From Lama guanicoe (lineage: Eukaryota), in assembly GCA_013239625.1 (NCBI GenBank), contig MU054323.1, positions 19,675,082 to 19,739,081 on the forward strand: a stretch of 64,000 nt of DNA, in the 5' to 3' direction. How positions within the stretch are numbered: the stretch's first letter is position 1; each line of letters begins with the position of its first letter. This document shows, one piece after another, positions 23,950 to 37,127 of the stretch. The position numbers and the translations under genes were made by a program. The notes under the pieces were generated by a model. That model saw nothing but the letters and a program-made list of their open reading frames with translations, searched no databases and was not told the origin of the DNA.

Positions 23950-25635
23950 GGAAAAAAGAATCTTATAATGAAGAAACTACACCAGAGGGATGTCTCCAAA
24001 TCCTAGAGAATATATAGGCCTCAGTGGAAGATAATTCCTGGTGAGGATGAGACAAAACTTGCCAAGCAGACCAGGAAACGCAAAACCACGAGTGTCAGCA
24101 AAAATCACAAATGAGAGCACCCATTTCCACAGAACTGCAGCTTCAGGCTGAGCTTTCTGAAAAGGAATTTTAAATAAGTTTGTCTAAAATGTTTTAAAAC
24201 TAGAAGAACATAAGCTGTACAGCAGGCACAGAACATTAGGAGAAAAGACGAATTGGCTTACAAAAGAACTAAAATAAAGTTCTAAAACCGAAAAACATAA
24301 CCATCCAAATTGAAAAAAAAAAAAAAGAACAACTTCCATCGGCTGGTTCAAGAGTCCACTGACACAACCATGGAGGAAATTGGTGATCTGAAAAACAGAT
24401 CTGAGAAAATCATGTAGAATGCAACATAAAGGGGACGTTTTGTTAAATACGAGAAAGAAAAATTATCTGAAAAAGAAATTGAGAACCATGGAGAGAATGG
24501 AGGGACCTATTTGTCACTAGGAGATGCAGAGAGACAGCTGAGAAGAAGGTAAGAGGTAATATTTGCAGAGACGACGGCTAAGGAATTTCCAGATTTGAAA
24601 AAAAGGTTCTAGCCTTAGGTTGGAAAAGCAGACAGAATAGATAAAAACAAATACACACTTAGCCACACGACTGTGAAACCACAGAACATCAAGAGAAAGG
24701 ATCATATTTTAAAAAGATACTAGAGAATGGAGAAAGATTATCTTCAAAGAAATGTCTACCAGATTGATATCAGCCTTCTCATTGGCAACAATAGAGGCCA
24801 GAAGATGAGGGAACGATATCTTAAAAACGCTAAGCTGGGCGGGGTGTCTGGGGGAGTCCATTTGCAGTTCAACAATCAGATGACCCGCATCTGTGATGAG
24901 GGACAAAGGAAAGGTATTTCCAGAAGAAGACTGAGTTAACTAAACACAGATCTTCTCTGAATAACTACTAAAGGATTACTAAAGAAAAATGAAAAGAGAG
25001 AGGGGATTGCAAGAAACAGTTGTGTGCAAAAAAAAAAATTATACACACACTGGTAAATCTAGATTGGCATAGATTCTGAAAACAATGCTAATGACAAATG
25101 GTGAGTCAAAGCAACGGAGAACTAGATACTGGACCGTGGTCACATGGAAGACGGGAATAAAGTTAGAGCATACTGCGTTCTGTGTCTTACCTAGGAAGAG
25201 AATCGAGATATCAACCAACTTAAAATGTGTTCCAAAAATATGAAGTATAGATGTTAAGAATGTTAGGGAAACTATAAAAAGAATAAAAATGCAATGTGTC
25301 CTTTCCCAGTGAGAGGGAGAGAGGAAAAAATCCAGAATCACAAATAGATGCTTATCCATCAGGTGAGCATAAAACTTGTGGGCTGCAGGGATGCCCAGCA
25401 GCTTCAGGACAGAGGTTGCCACCAGATTTGCCACCAGGAAACAGTGCGATGAACGTTTTAGTACTTTCAGTAACTTTTTTTTCCTTGTATTGGAAAACAA
25501 AATCTAGGCAAGTATTCAAAGCAAAATGCTAACATTCACTTAAACTTAGCAGTGAGCTGCCATTGTATTTTTTTTTCTAATATCGTTCCTGTAATTTAAA
25601 TTGTTTTTTCAATTAAATTTTTTTTTAAAAGAGAG
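23950..25635 (+). mobile_element. Ancient L1M fragment (ORF1 region plus 3' pieces)
   Basis: A-rich decayed ORF1-like text 'gctaaggaatttccagatttg...cagccttctcattggcaacaatagaggccagaaga'. Confidence 0.75.
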
Positions 25636-26177
25636 GAGATGCAGCTCCAAAAGAATTGTGCGTTTGCTTCAAGGATGGTGGAGGCAGGACCGGGGGTAGG
25701 CCTCTGTTCCATCACCTGTGCCATGCTGGTACCAGGGTGCCCAGCGGGAAGCATCCAGATGTTTCAGGGAGGGGACAGGCATGGAGCACATAGCTGCTGG
25801 TGCGGGACACTCCCAGGCCCCACCTATGCCTATCTTTGCATCTGATTGCCTTTATACACAACTTTCTCCAACAGCTTGTGCTCACCCTACCTGAAGCCAC
25901 CCAGCCCCACAGCCTTACCTCAGGCAGATGGTATTTAGGGACCCCAAGGGCACATTCAGGTGTGGCAGACTTACTAGGAGACAAGAATTTGTTGGTATGA
26001 CTGGAAGGTGGGGTCAGAGCACTCAGCTTACACTATGTGCCACACAGCTTCATATACATTATCTCATTTACTTAGAGCCTCGTAAACAGCTCTTTAAGAC
26101 GAGTATTACTGTTTTCTTCGCAGAGATTACTATTTTGCCTTTGGCCTCTCACCACAAAAATTGCAGAGCTGGATGTG

Positions 26178-26275
26178 TGTAAAATAGATAAACAACAAGG
26201 ACCTACTGTATAGCACAGGGAACTATATTTCAATTTCTTGTAATGGGAAAGAATCCGAAAACATATATGTACGTA
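26178..26275 (+). mobile_element. Short L1 3'-UTR fragment truncated at both ends
   Basis: Matches the copy at 27350 ('aaatagataaacaacaaggacctactgt') but stops in the TA-rich stretch; flanked by degenerate direct repeats. Confidence 0.85.
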
Positions 26276-26915
26276 TGCAGAGTTAGATCTGAAAATTTAA
26301 AAAAAAAGAAAAAAAAGCAGAACCTCTTGAAGAGGGAAGGGAAGAACACCCACCTCTTCTCACTCAGGCACCCACCGCCGCTGTTCACCCTTGCCCGTCT
26401 CCCCTTTACCCCACAATACCCCTGTCCTCCACCCTGCACCCTGTGAGGCTTTCTGCGGCTCACACCCATCTGGCTCGCCTGCCTGAGTCTTCACTGTTGG
26501 TTTGCATAACTCTGCCCTGGCTGGGCCGCTGGCCCTTCACCAGCTGGATTCACCTACAGCCACTGAGCTGCCAATGCCAACTTGCAGTTTACCCAGGCCA
26601 GGAGGAGGACAGGTGAGGGGAAGGCAGGGAGCCCGTACCTTTATTTCTACCGTGTGAAAGCAAGTACCGATATGACAGAGAAATGGAACTGACGTTTGTG
26701 GCACGCATGCGCTGTGCGTTGCCCAGGCTACTTCGCGTTTATTTTCTCCATTAATCTTCCCAACAAGCCTACAAAGGATTATTAGCCCCATTTTAGATGC
26801 GGGAAGGGAAGCCCATAGAGCGTAAGTGACTTCCCTGAATGTATGAGTTGTTTTCCTTATGGAAAGAGATTGAGAGCTACAAGCTCCAGGATTGTGAACA
26901 CATGCCTCAGCCTCC

Positions 26916-26975
26916 CAGATGCCCCGGGAAGACGGCAGATGCCCCGGGATGATGCCAGATGCCCCGGGATGACAG
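26916..26975 (+). repeat. 20-bp tandem repeat x3 (CAGATGCCCCGGGA core)
   Basis: Units start at 26916, 26936 and 26956. Confidence 0.95.
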
Positions 26976-27234
26976 CGGTAGTCAGAACAACAGCAGCACA
27001 ACGGAAACGCTTATTGAATACGGAACATACACCTTGCACGTTATGTACATTACATCACGTTAGGACATATAATAAATCTAAGAGATACATACAATAATGA
27101 CCCTCACTTCACAGTTAAGAAAACTGGAGGCTTATGAGGATTAAGAGATTTGCTCACACTGGAGTCTATAAAAGGAAGGCAGTGGAATTTCAACCCAGGT
27201 AACCTGACTCCAGAAACCAAATGTGACCACTGGA

Positions 27235-27800
27235 TTAGCTATGGTTAGGTCCTATGTGACAGAAAAGTCCAATGTAACAGTGACGTAAACAAGACAGTTT
27301 CTTTCTTTCCAAATTAAAAGAATGCTAGAAGATACACACAGCTCTATGTGAAATAGATAAACAACAAGGACCTACTGTGTAGCACAAGGAACCATATTCC
27401 ATATCTTGTAATAACCTACAATGGAAAAGAATCTGAAAAAGAATATATATAATGTATATCTATAACTGAATCACTTTGCTGTACACCTGAAACTAACACA
27501 ACGCTGTAAATCGACTATACTTCGATAAAAATAAACTAATCAAAAGGAAAAAACCTGACCAAAAAAAGAATGCTAGAAGCTGACAATCCAAGGCTATTTG
27601 GCATTTCTTCAGTCCTCTGGATCCAGCTTATCACGCTGCCATGCTACAGTCTGTCCCTCATTCTCATGTTCTAAGGTGGCTGCTAGAGTTCCAGCCATCA
27701 CATCTGCATTAGCAAGATAGAGAAGAAAGCAAAGGTCAAATATTACCTGTCTTTTAAGGATGTTTCCTAAAAACCAACCATGTAGGCATAGGAAAATTTT
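27235..27800 (-). mobile_element. Old MaLR LTR (MLT1J-like) interrupted by L1
   Basis: 'ttagctatggttagg...aacagtgacgtaaacaag' and 'aaggtggctgctagagttccagccatcacatctgcatt'. Confidence 0.7.
27332..27563 (+). mobile_element. 5'-truncated L1 3' end
   Basis: 'actgaatcactttgctgtacacctgaaactaacacaac'; 16-bp TSD AAAAGAATGCTAGAAG (27316-27331, 27564-27579) at a TT/AAAA site. Confidence 0.93.
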
Positions 27801-29825
27801 ATTCTAGCTGGCCCTTTGGCCCAACACTCATCTTGGTAAGCTGGCCTGTACCACAAAATATCCCTATGCAGAAAGGCTTAATGCCCAGAGTAGGATTTAA
27901 AAAAGGCCAGTAGCCTCCCTGTGGTCCTTTCCACAAAGCTTGTCTTCCCACAGTTGCTACATAGGAAACAGTGAGAGGAAATGCCCCTGTCTCAGGGGCC
28001 CAGTAATCACTCTCAGTGGTGTCCTGCCTTTAGGGGAAGAGTGAGGAAAAACAGTGTTTAAATGTGTCTTTTGGCAAAGATTGCTTGACTTTTGGATTTG
28101 AAAGAGGGTTGGCTGACTCCAAGTCCCATGTTCTTTCCAATGTACCAGACCATCTCTTTTTTTTTCAAATAAGAAAAGAAAAATAAATCGTTATTCAAAT
28201 AAATAAATGAGACCCAGAACTTTACATGCATAGATGTTTCTTCCAGAAGCTAGGGAATTGCTCTGTGGGTCCTTGCCACTCAAGCATGGAGCCTCCTTGG
28301 CACCACGGAGAGAGTAGCACTCTGAGTCCCTGGGTGATGGAGGGAAACCTACAGGATCTGACAGACAAGGATGATGTCAAGATGAGCCACATGTGGGCCT
28401 CACGTGGGTGATGAGAAGGGAGAGACAGCTCACTGGAGTCTTTCAACTTGGCTGGCGTCTGCATTTTCCTATCAACTGTGTCCTTCTTGGTGAAGGCAGA
28501 CCAGCCCATGGGATGGTGGCAACTTCTTTCCGCTCTATAAGAGGCTTGCTTCCTCCTAATCCAAGACATTCTTCTGGCAGAAACACCAAAACAGGATATT
28601 TTGACCCCACTGCCTGACCCCGTAGACATTTGTCTCCCAAAGACATTGAATTTGCCCTCAGTAAAAACGCCCTGCAAGTTTTGTCTCTCTTCTCCCCATC
28701 TGTCCTCTACACCCACCTTATACTGTAGCCACCAGAGAAACCTCCGTCTGGCAGAAACAATAATTGATTAAATAAAAAGGAGAAAGGAAATCAACTCTTC
28801 CTGCAATATTTACACAAAATTCAGTTGCTCCAGGTAGAAATAATTTCAGTAAAATGAAAATGGAATAAATCAAAAGTGCCTTAATGCTGTCTTGTACAGG
28901 AAACTGATTACAGGAGGAGAAAACATATCACCAATTCCACCAGAGGAAGCAAAACTTGTCCTAGGACTTAGTCCAAAGGTAAATTTCTCCCATGGATACT
29001 CCATGATCACCTCCAGGGTTTCTTAGACAATTGGAAGTCACCGACTTCTCTGTGAATCTGATTAATCTGTGAACCCACTTCTCAGGAAAAAAAAAAAAAA
29101 GCAGAAACAGCAATGCAATCACAGGTTCCATTCAATTTCTGGAAATTCCCAGCCATCCAAGGATCCCAGTTCAGGAACCCCAGTCTAGGCTACGGGTGTG
29201 GTGGGGACACTTGCTTTCAACCCTTTCCAGGGGAGGAGGGGCGGAGGAGGGGGAGAGAGGGAGGTTCCCCTACTGCCTGATAGGGAACCGCCCTGGGGGA
29301 TCCCTGAGATGTGGCTGGGGTGAAATGTGGCACCATGAGCCTTTTAAGCCTTACCACCCTGATTTCAAAATGTATAAACTCGTCCAGTGGTTTCTTATTG
29401 TACTTCTCTCCCTTCCTCCACATTTTTAAACTAAAGACCATTTTCATATATTTAACTACAACTCAGGGCTGGTGACAAAGAGAATTTTGTCATGATTTTG
29501 ATCTGGATAGCAAAGGCAGTCCTGCAGGCTTAGAGTCAGAGGAAGTAAGACTGTGAAGGCCAGGTCAGAAGCAACGGGCTGGCGGCAGGGTGACAGACAG
29601 AAGCAAAGCATTCTAGTCCCTGCTCCTCCCAAGTCCATGAACCCCGAGTGCAGAGGAATGAGGAAGGACTTTGACATCAGACAGACATGTACTTAAATGT
29701 CACTTCCTCACCGTCACTTACTGCCTGTATGGCTTGGGCAAGGCCTTATCTCTAAGCCAGCGTCTGGCACATTGTAGATACCAAACAAGCAAAGGTCTTC
29801 TGAGAGAACTTAGATGTTAGGGGTG

Positions 29826-30168
29826 TGTCTTAGTCTGCTTGGGCTGCGATAACAAGAAATACCACAGACTATGTGCTTTGAAAACATTTATTTCTCACCG
29901 TTTTGAAGGCTAGAATCCCAACAGCAATGTTCCAGCAGATTTGGTGTCTGGTAAGAGCTTGCTTCCTGGTGCACAGATGGCCACGCCTTGTTGTGTCCTC
30001 ACACAGTTGAAGGGAAGGAGGCTCTCTGGGGCACTAATCCTATGATGAGGATGCTACCCTCATCACTTAATCATCTCCTATAGGCCCCATCCGCTAATAC
30101 CATCCCATTGGGGGTTAGATTTCAATATATGCATTTTGAAGGGGAGACAAAATATTCGGTGCATAACA
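29826..30168 (-). mobile_element. MaLR solo LTR (MLT1A-like)
   Basis: 'tgtcttagtctgcttgggctgc...gggcactaatcc...cataaca'. Confidence 0.88.
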
Positions 30169-32899
30169 CAGTATAATGCCCTCAGAGTCCCAGGGCAATA
30201 AGGAGGCAGAATGCCCATCCTTGGGGTCCTGGAGAATGTGCTCCGAGATGCGTTCTGGATGCAGAGGCCAGAGCAGAAATTTTGGTCTTACTCACAGAGA
30301 CCCAGATCCCAGCAACACAGCCCAGAATCATTCTCTGAGGAGAGTTTCGAGGCTGAAATGGAGGCCACTCTCTTGTGGAAAAGGATGAAAGAAAAGATTT
30401 TTAAAGAGCAGTGAAAGATGGAACAGAGGGCACCAGAGAAAGGCACAGTGGGGGAGAAGGGGGCCGATGCTGCTATCGGCATTTTTGACCAAAGAACAAC
30501 TGATGACTTTCATCTTCATGGCCAGGAGTCAAACTGAGTCCTGCCTGGGGGTGCTTGAGACCTTTCCCACCTGCCTTTCCTGAACCTCATCTGACCATCC
30601 AGGAGCAGGGTTGGCTGGGTCTCCACACTCAGCAAGGATAACAACCCACTACCCAAGGTGAAATAGACCAGCCCAGACTTTTTCCCAGATGAGATTATTT
30701 CCAGAAAAGAAATCTGCCAAGAGACAAGAACTACCAAAAGTAGGGAGAAGGCATGGCATATTGAGGTCATGCGGGAAAAGTTGATTTCTGGCATTGCCCA
30801 CACACAAAGATAGCAGAGAAATGAAATGCACGGGGAAGGGGGCATCTTCCGTCACAGCCTCCAGCTTGTGGCATTTATTTGGAGAGAGCATGTCTGCATC
30901 CTCCAGAACCCAAAGGTGCTGGACTGGTCAGCACTGATCTCCCTGCGAGGACCCATCTAGAGATAAGGTTCTTCCCAGCCCCACCCCACCTCCTTCGGGC
31001 ATTCTTCTCCCAGCACATCAGATTAGCCTGAGCGTCCAACCCCAAGTGCAAGGAAGGGAAATGCAAGCAAGGATTCCCAGAGCCTCCCCGGGCTGATCCC
31101 GCCCCCCGCCTCCCCCAGTGCTCACCTCAGGCCTGCCCTCTCCTTGGCGGAGCTCAAGGCAGGCTTATTTCCCCCAAGGTTGTCACAGACCAATTTTCTA
31201 AACTGCATGAAAACAGAAAACAAACAGAAAACCCAATCCACCAAAGCTTGAATCCCGAGAACAGCTTGGCAGGCAGGAGCAACGTGCTAACAATTTCATG
31301 CTGTTTTAAGAGTTTCTAACTAAGCAACATGTACCAACAACCAGATGTGCCCTGATACCGGGAGAGGCGAACATGGGCTTCTAGTGACAGACAAGGATTT
31401 TTGTAAAACAGGAAAACACTCATCAGGGAATTTCCAAGCTTCCAAGCGTGCTGGGCCTGGGGTCGGGGGCGGGAGGGGTGGGTGTCTGGTTCTACCCGCC
31501 CTGCAGACTCATTCACACAACTGTTTATGCGGTTCTGCCGTGGAAGTTTGGTCAGTCCACTGTGCTGGATACTCGGCATACCAAGTGGAGGCTTATAGCC
31601 TGAGCAGGACAAAAGCAAGGAAACTAATGTAATAACATAATACGTGATGTTCTGAAACGGAGGAAAGAAGCCCAGGAAAGGAGGCCTGACTCAGTCTGTG
31701 TTGGAATCAGAATGTTTCTTAGAGAAGATCTGATTCAGTGTATTTCAGTATTTATTGACGGAGCACTTCCATGCTTAAGGACACAGGGAAAGAAGAAGTC
31801 AGATCTAGTTCCCGTCCTTGTGGTATTCACCACGATCAGGGGAAGCAGCAGTCATCCTGGAAGTGAATGAAGGCACGCCGGCTATGCCTGCAGCCGGTGA
31901 CTCTAGAGGACTTGGAACCCACTACCTGCAGGACGCTGGTGCCGGCACCGCAGAGGTGCACACCAGCCACAGGCCGCACAGCCTTTAAAGGGAGCCGGGC
32001 CCGCTTCTTGTTTACAGGTCTGTGGCTTATGAATGGGCTTCAGTTTCCCAGCGTCATGAGCTCATCTTCGAGTCTGTCACCAAGGCCCCATCCCACTCTG
32101 AGAGGACCACATTGTCCAGCAGAGGCCACGTCCCTGAGCTCTGAGCTGCCCCATAGGACCGTCCCCATGGAGTGGGGTGGGGACTGACCCAGGACAGATA
32201 GATGTCCATCAAGCTACCTTCAACTTCTATCCCACTGATTGTTTGTAGTACACAACAATGAATATTTTTATGAGTTTTGAAATTACTATGAAATGACAGT
32301 TTTATTGCATTTGGGGTTTAAACTTGTTATTGGAGAAGTGTAAACATGCCAGTTATAACATGACTTTTGTAGTGCTCCAAATTGGCATTTATTTTCCCTA
32401 CAAAAAAAAAAGAAAAGCAAAACTTCCTTTTTCTCTTTTTGAGCTGCCAGCCCAGGCCTCCCGTAGCCTGAGAGGTCACTCCAGGTCAGAAGTGCCGCCT
32501 CAGGGAATCCTTGCTCCCTGCAAAGTCCATTAACTCAGGCTTAATGCCATCCTAAAGCCGGTGGCCCTCTTTATTAGGGCTGTGTTTGTCACCTGGTAAC
32601 TTGTTTATTGCACCAGCTCTAGGGTGGGGAGAGGAAGATGGGCGTGAAGGTCACAAGTAGGTGGGAATTGCACACCTCAGGCCAGAACCTCCCCTTGGTC
32701 ATTATTTTCCCAGATGACCCCTGGGGGTGGGGAGTACCCAGCCCTCCTTGAGCTAACACATGACAGGCCAGCACAAAAGAACTGCAAACAGGCCCCTAAT
32801 TAATGGGTTTGCTTAGAGCTGTTTCTCTGTTTAGGGACTTCATCCCAATAATTGTAGGCTCCATAATCATTAATCAGTCACTACTACTTTTCTGGGTAC

Positions 32900-33155
32900 C
32901 GACCACAAGCCCAGCTCTGTTCCAGCCACTGCGAAGAGAGAAGAGCAGAAGGCAGGAATGTGGACCTGTGCAAAGTGCTTCATAGCCTGAGCCCATGAAT
33001 CCTCACCCCCACGCCCGGAGGAAGGTAAGATCATCCCTCTTTATAGACGAGGAACCGGAATCTCGAAGAAATTAACCAACTGGAGATTACCAGCTCGTAA
33101 GCAAGAGAGTCAGTGTTTGAACCTGGGTCGGATCAACTCCAAAGCCCGGGCTCTG
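32900..33155 (-). mobile_element. MIR SINE
   Basis: 'tttatagacgaggaaccggaatctcg...tttgaacctgggtcgg...ctccaaagccc'. Confidence 0.75.
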
Positions 33156-36013
33156 GGAGGTAACAGACTAACTGCTCAAAACTGGTCCAAGACAGAAGGA
33201 GTCATGGCTGGGTTGGGACCCCAGGACCCGAGGAGCCCAGGGAAGTGGGGACTCGGGGTGGAGGTCCTGAGAGAAGACTTTCTAAAGGAGTGGCCACATG
33301 GGCTGGGCCCCGAAGGGTAGGGAGAATCATACGTGTCTACTAAATTGTACTCGGGCACTTTCTCCAACCACTGAGTCCAGGGTTGGAAAGGACTGTGGAA
33401 TCTGTGCCTCATTCAGGGCCAATAAATGATTAGTCAAATGTCCGAGGAGGATGTGGAGACACACACACACACACAGGCACAAACATGCAGACCCACCTCA
33501 GCAGCTCTGTAGAGTGCCTGGAATGGGCATGCGAAAAGAGGACCTCAGCAGGCAGCGGGATGTTGGCACCAGGCGCCAGTGGGGATTAGGGCGAAGGCCA
33601 AACTGAGAGGAGACGCGGAGCCAGCAAGTCCTGTGACCACCCTGGACCTGGGAGGTTGGCAGCTCCCGGAATGTCTCAATTTAGACCTTGTTCCAGAACA
33701 TGAGAAATGCCAGGGGCAGAGGAGAGGGGCTAGGAGAGGATGGAGAGCAGGGACTGACTGAGGGCTGGGCCCTTTCTTCTTTTAATCAGCCACATCCCCA
33801 CCTCTGAGCTTTTCCTCCTTGACCTTCAAAATACACACAAGCCAGTTGTTCAGACCCACTTGGCTCCACAGGAAGAAATCCCATACGATCCCATACGGAT
33901 TCACCCATGAGTCTCCCCTAGGCTCTGGCTCTTTCCACACTGATGTCTCTACCAGGCAGAGATTCAGGACTCTCAGGCCAAGCCTGGGTCTGGTCAAAGG
34001 CAGGCAAATGCCAGCCAGGCAGGATCTGGCCGGCTAGGCCCACACCTGACCATGGGTATGGGTACCAGCACCGGAGGAGTCCCGTGAGGGCAAGCTGTCC
34101 TTCTCTCGAGCTGGGATAGGAATGTCAGCCCGGTCCCTGTGGTCATCCAAGCCCATCTTCCATTGCTCCAGGACTTGACACACTGTCTGACTGCCCGCAA
34201 CGCACATGACATCACCAACAGGCTGTGTTTCTGAATTAGATTCCACAGTGAGCCGCTGGCCCAGAGGAGGAGGCCAACTCTTCCCCACTGTGGCCAGGCC
34301 TCTCAATCTCCAAGGAAAGTACATTCTAGTCCTGGAGAATAGGCTTGAAGCCAGGAGCCAGGCACCGGCCAAGATGTGATAGGCCAAACCCCACAGTCAG
34401 CAAGGCCCAGGCCCAGGTCCATCCACCAGACTGTACCATTTACCTGGAAGCCTACCTCTCTCTCAGATGCCCAGCCCTCAACAACTGAACTAGGACCAGT
34501 CCTAGGTGAGTGGGTGTGAGCTGAGGAGGCCCACCCTGTTCTGAAGCTACCCCCTCCTCCCTCCCACCCCCGGCTTCCCTCCCAGGCTTCCACAAAGCCT
34601 CTGGCTGTTCCTGTCCTCAAATAATGGTCAGGGAGGCAAAAAGCCTATTTATCCTTTTAATTTGCCACCAGCCACTGAGGTTTCTCTGGAGCGTCTTCCC
34701 CACACCACATCGAGGGTTTCTATGGGAAAAGATGTGCTGGAAAGCCTGGCTCTCCACCCGGCAGCCCATCAGGAAGGAGGCAAGAGAGAACAGGAGACAG
34801 AGAAGGAGACAGAGAAGAGCCTGGATTTCCCGAGACTTGAATCCCAGCAGAAACACAAAACCAAGTCCGTGACCTTCGTATAAACTGTGGTGATTTATTA
34901 TTCTGGGAAGACTGTGGTGTCAGGAGGGAGATGGGGAAATGAAAGCGAGCATTCCTCCTAGGGTACACGTGGGCGCTCCAGAATCATGACTGCAGGGTCG
35001 GACCAGCGCCTGATCCTCATGAAAGGGGCACCCACCTTCTGGAGCCGCAGAGAAAAATGAGCCACGGCCTCAGAACTTGGCTCAGCCTCTTCTCCAGCCT
35101 GCACAAGCCCTCCTGGTCTTTTCCTGAGGCTAATCGGTTGAGAAACTCTGCTTCAGAGGGGAGATCAGCCCCAGCATAGGTCTTTAATGGGACAGGCTGG
35201 ACGGATGAACCAAGGGTACCCTTCCTGCATCTTGCTGACCACCCTCAGCTAACTAACAAGTTCTCTCCCCGCACCCTTCTCTCCTCTCCCCGTCCCCTTT
35301 TCCTCTCCCCCCATCTCTCTCACCCTGCACATCTCTCATATGTGTGTCTCTTGCTGGCAGCTGGCCCTTTCCCACTTTCTGCCTCCGTTTCCTCTCCCTC
35401 GAGCCCCCACATACTCTGAAGCCAGCAGGGGATAAGCTGTTCAGAGCTGAATGGAGCAGGAAACTGCACTTTTGACTCTGAACATGTTACAGTAGGGCCA
35501 CCTCTGCTGAAAGCCGGACGTGCTGGGCTCAGACATTGAACAGCAGCTTCGGTGATGCACTGTGACTGCAATTGTGAAGCCTGCTTTTTCTTTTCACCTC
35601 CGTTTCCCTGCATTTGTCTGAATCACCATCCACTCAACACCGTCACCTCCAGCCCATCAAGACCTTCCAGCTCCTTTTCTCTTGGGCACATGCAGCCTAA
35701 ATTCGGCAAGTAGCAGGGGAAGACAAGGGCACCTCTGAGGAGCTCCCAGGAGCCACCTCAACACAGAAGACTGTAGATAAGCCCAGAGAAGTGAAGTTCA
35801 TGGATATTGTCCAGAGGCACAGCAACATTCGCCACATAGCCCTGCCAGGCTAGTCTAGGGGCTTGCTCAAAGCCCTACTGAACCCAGGATGGTGGACCTT
35901 CCAGGACAGGGTTCAAACAAACACACACGGACCTCACCTCACATGGCAAGAGCCCACTCAAGCCTAGAGACAGCCTTAACCACAGCACGGATTTTGCAAC
36001 ACAGGCAACTCTA

Positions 36014-36198
36014 TAGAGTTGTCAGATAAAATACAGGATGCTTAATACTGAAATTCAGATAAATAACAATTTTCTAGTATCAGCAATCCTAAATATTGCA
36101 TGAATCATACTTACATAAAAAAATTATTCATTGTGTGCCTGAAGTTCAAAGCTAGCTGAGTGCCCTGTGTTTTTATCTGCTTAACCTGGCAACCCTAC
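36014..36198. mobile_element. MER53-like palindromic hAT MITE
   Basis: Termini 'tagagttgtcagataaaatacagga' and 'ccctgtgtttttatctg...ctggcaacccta' form an inverted repeat. Confidence 0.85.
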
Positions 36199-36439
36199 TG
36201 TAGACCTCTCCAACTCCACAGCTGTGTTGGAATTGGTGAGAGAGTACCACAGGGTAAAAGGGCAAGAAATGCCTATCAGCTCCCCTCTCTCGTGTCCCCA
36301 GGGTCTTTTCTTCATTCCCCATCTCCGGGGAAAAGACCAGACAAGTCTAGATGTGGCCTGGTCATTCATTTCCATCAATGGTTCTTAGACCCATTGACTT
36401 GTGGAAAGGTTTCTTAAGCTGGCTGTCCCTTCACTGAAG

Positions 36440-37127
36440 CTGAACCAACATTCTGGAACAGAGGCTGTCACTGGCTACATATTAAAATCACCTAGGAAGC
36501 TTTCTGCAGCCAATCCCAGACCAATTAAATCAGAATTTGAGAGTAGGCCTCAAGTATCTGGATATTTAAAAGCTCCCCAGGTGATTCTAATACGTAGCCA
36601 GGCCTGCTAACCCATGTATATCGGAATCACCTGAGAACCCATTAAAAAAAAAAACCTGATGCTTGCATCCCACCCTCCAAACTTCTGATTTAATTGGCAC
36701 AAGGTGCAGGCCTGGGCATTGGGATTTTTAAAAGCTCCCTAGGAGATTTTAATGTGCAGCCAAGCTGGAGAACCTCAGCTCCCTCACACTTTAATAGACT
36801 TCAGATCTTCCAGGGACCTCGCCAAAAGGCAGGTGCTGACTCAGTAGGGCTAGGGTGGGGCCAGAGATGCTGCATGTCTAATGAGCCTCAGGAGTTACAT
36901 CACTGCTGGTCCTCAGGCCGCACTTTGATTAGCAAGGTCCTATATCAGTGGGCCTCAAGCCCGAACTCACATTGGAATCACCTGGGGAACCTTGACAACA
37001 ACCTCAGCCTGGCTCCCACCCCAGAGATGCTGATGTAATTGGTCTGAAGCAGGGCCTGGCCATCCCGACTGTAACAGCCTCCCTCCCAGGTGATTCTCCG
37101 TGCAGCCAAGATTGAGAAACCTGGCTG
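36440..37127. mobile_element. Cluster of about four MER5A/B MITEs
   Basis: Repeated 'gaatcacctg', 'aaagctccc...ggtgattct', 'ttgagaaacctg' motifs. Confidence 0.85.

Noticed and set aside
26916..26975. CRISPR-like repeat array
   Set aside because: Head-to-tail tandem units without unique spacers, in eukaryotic DNA.
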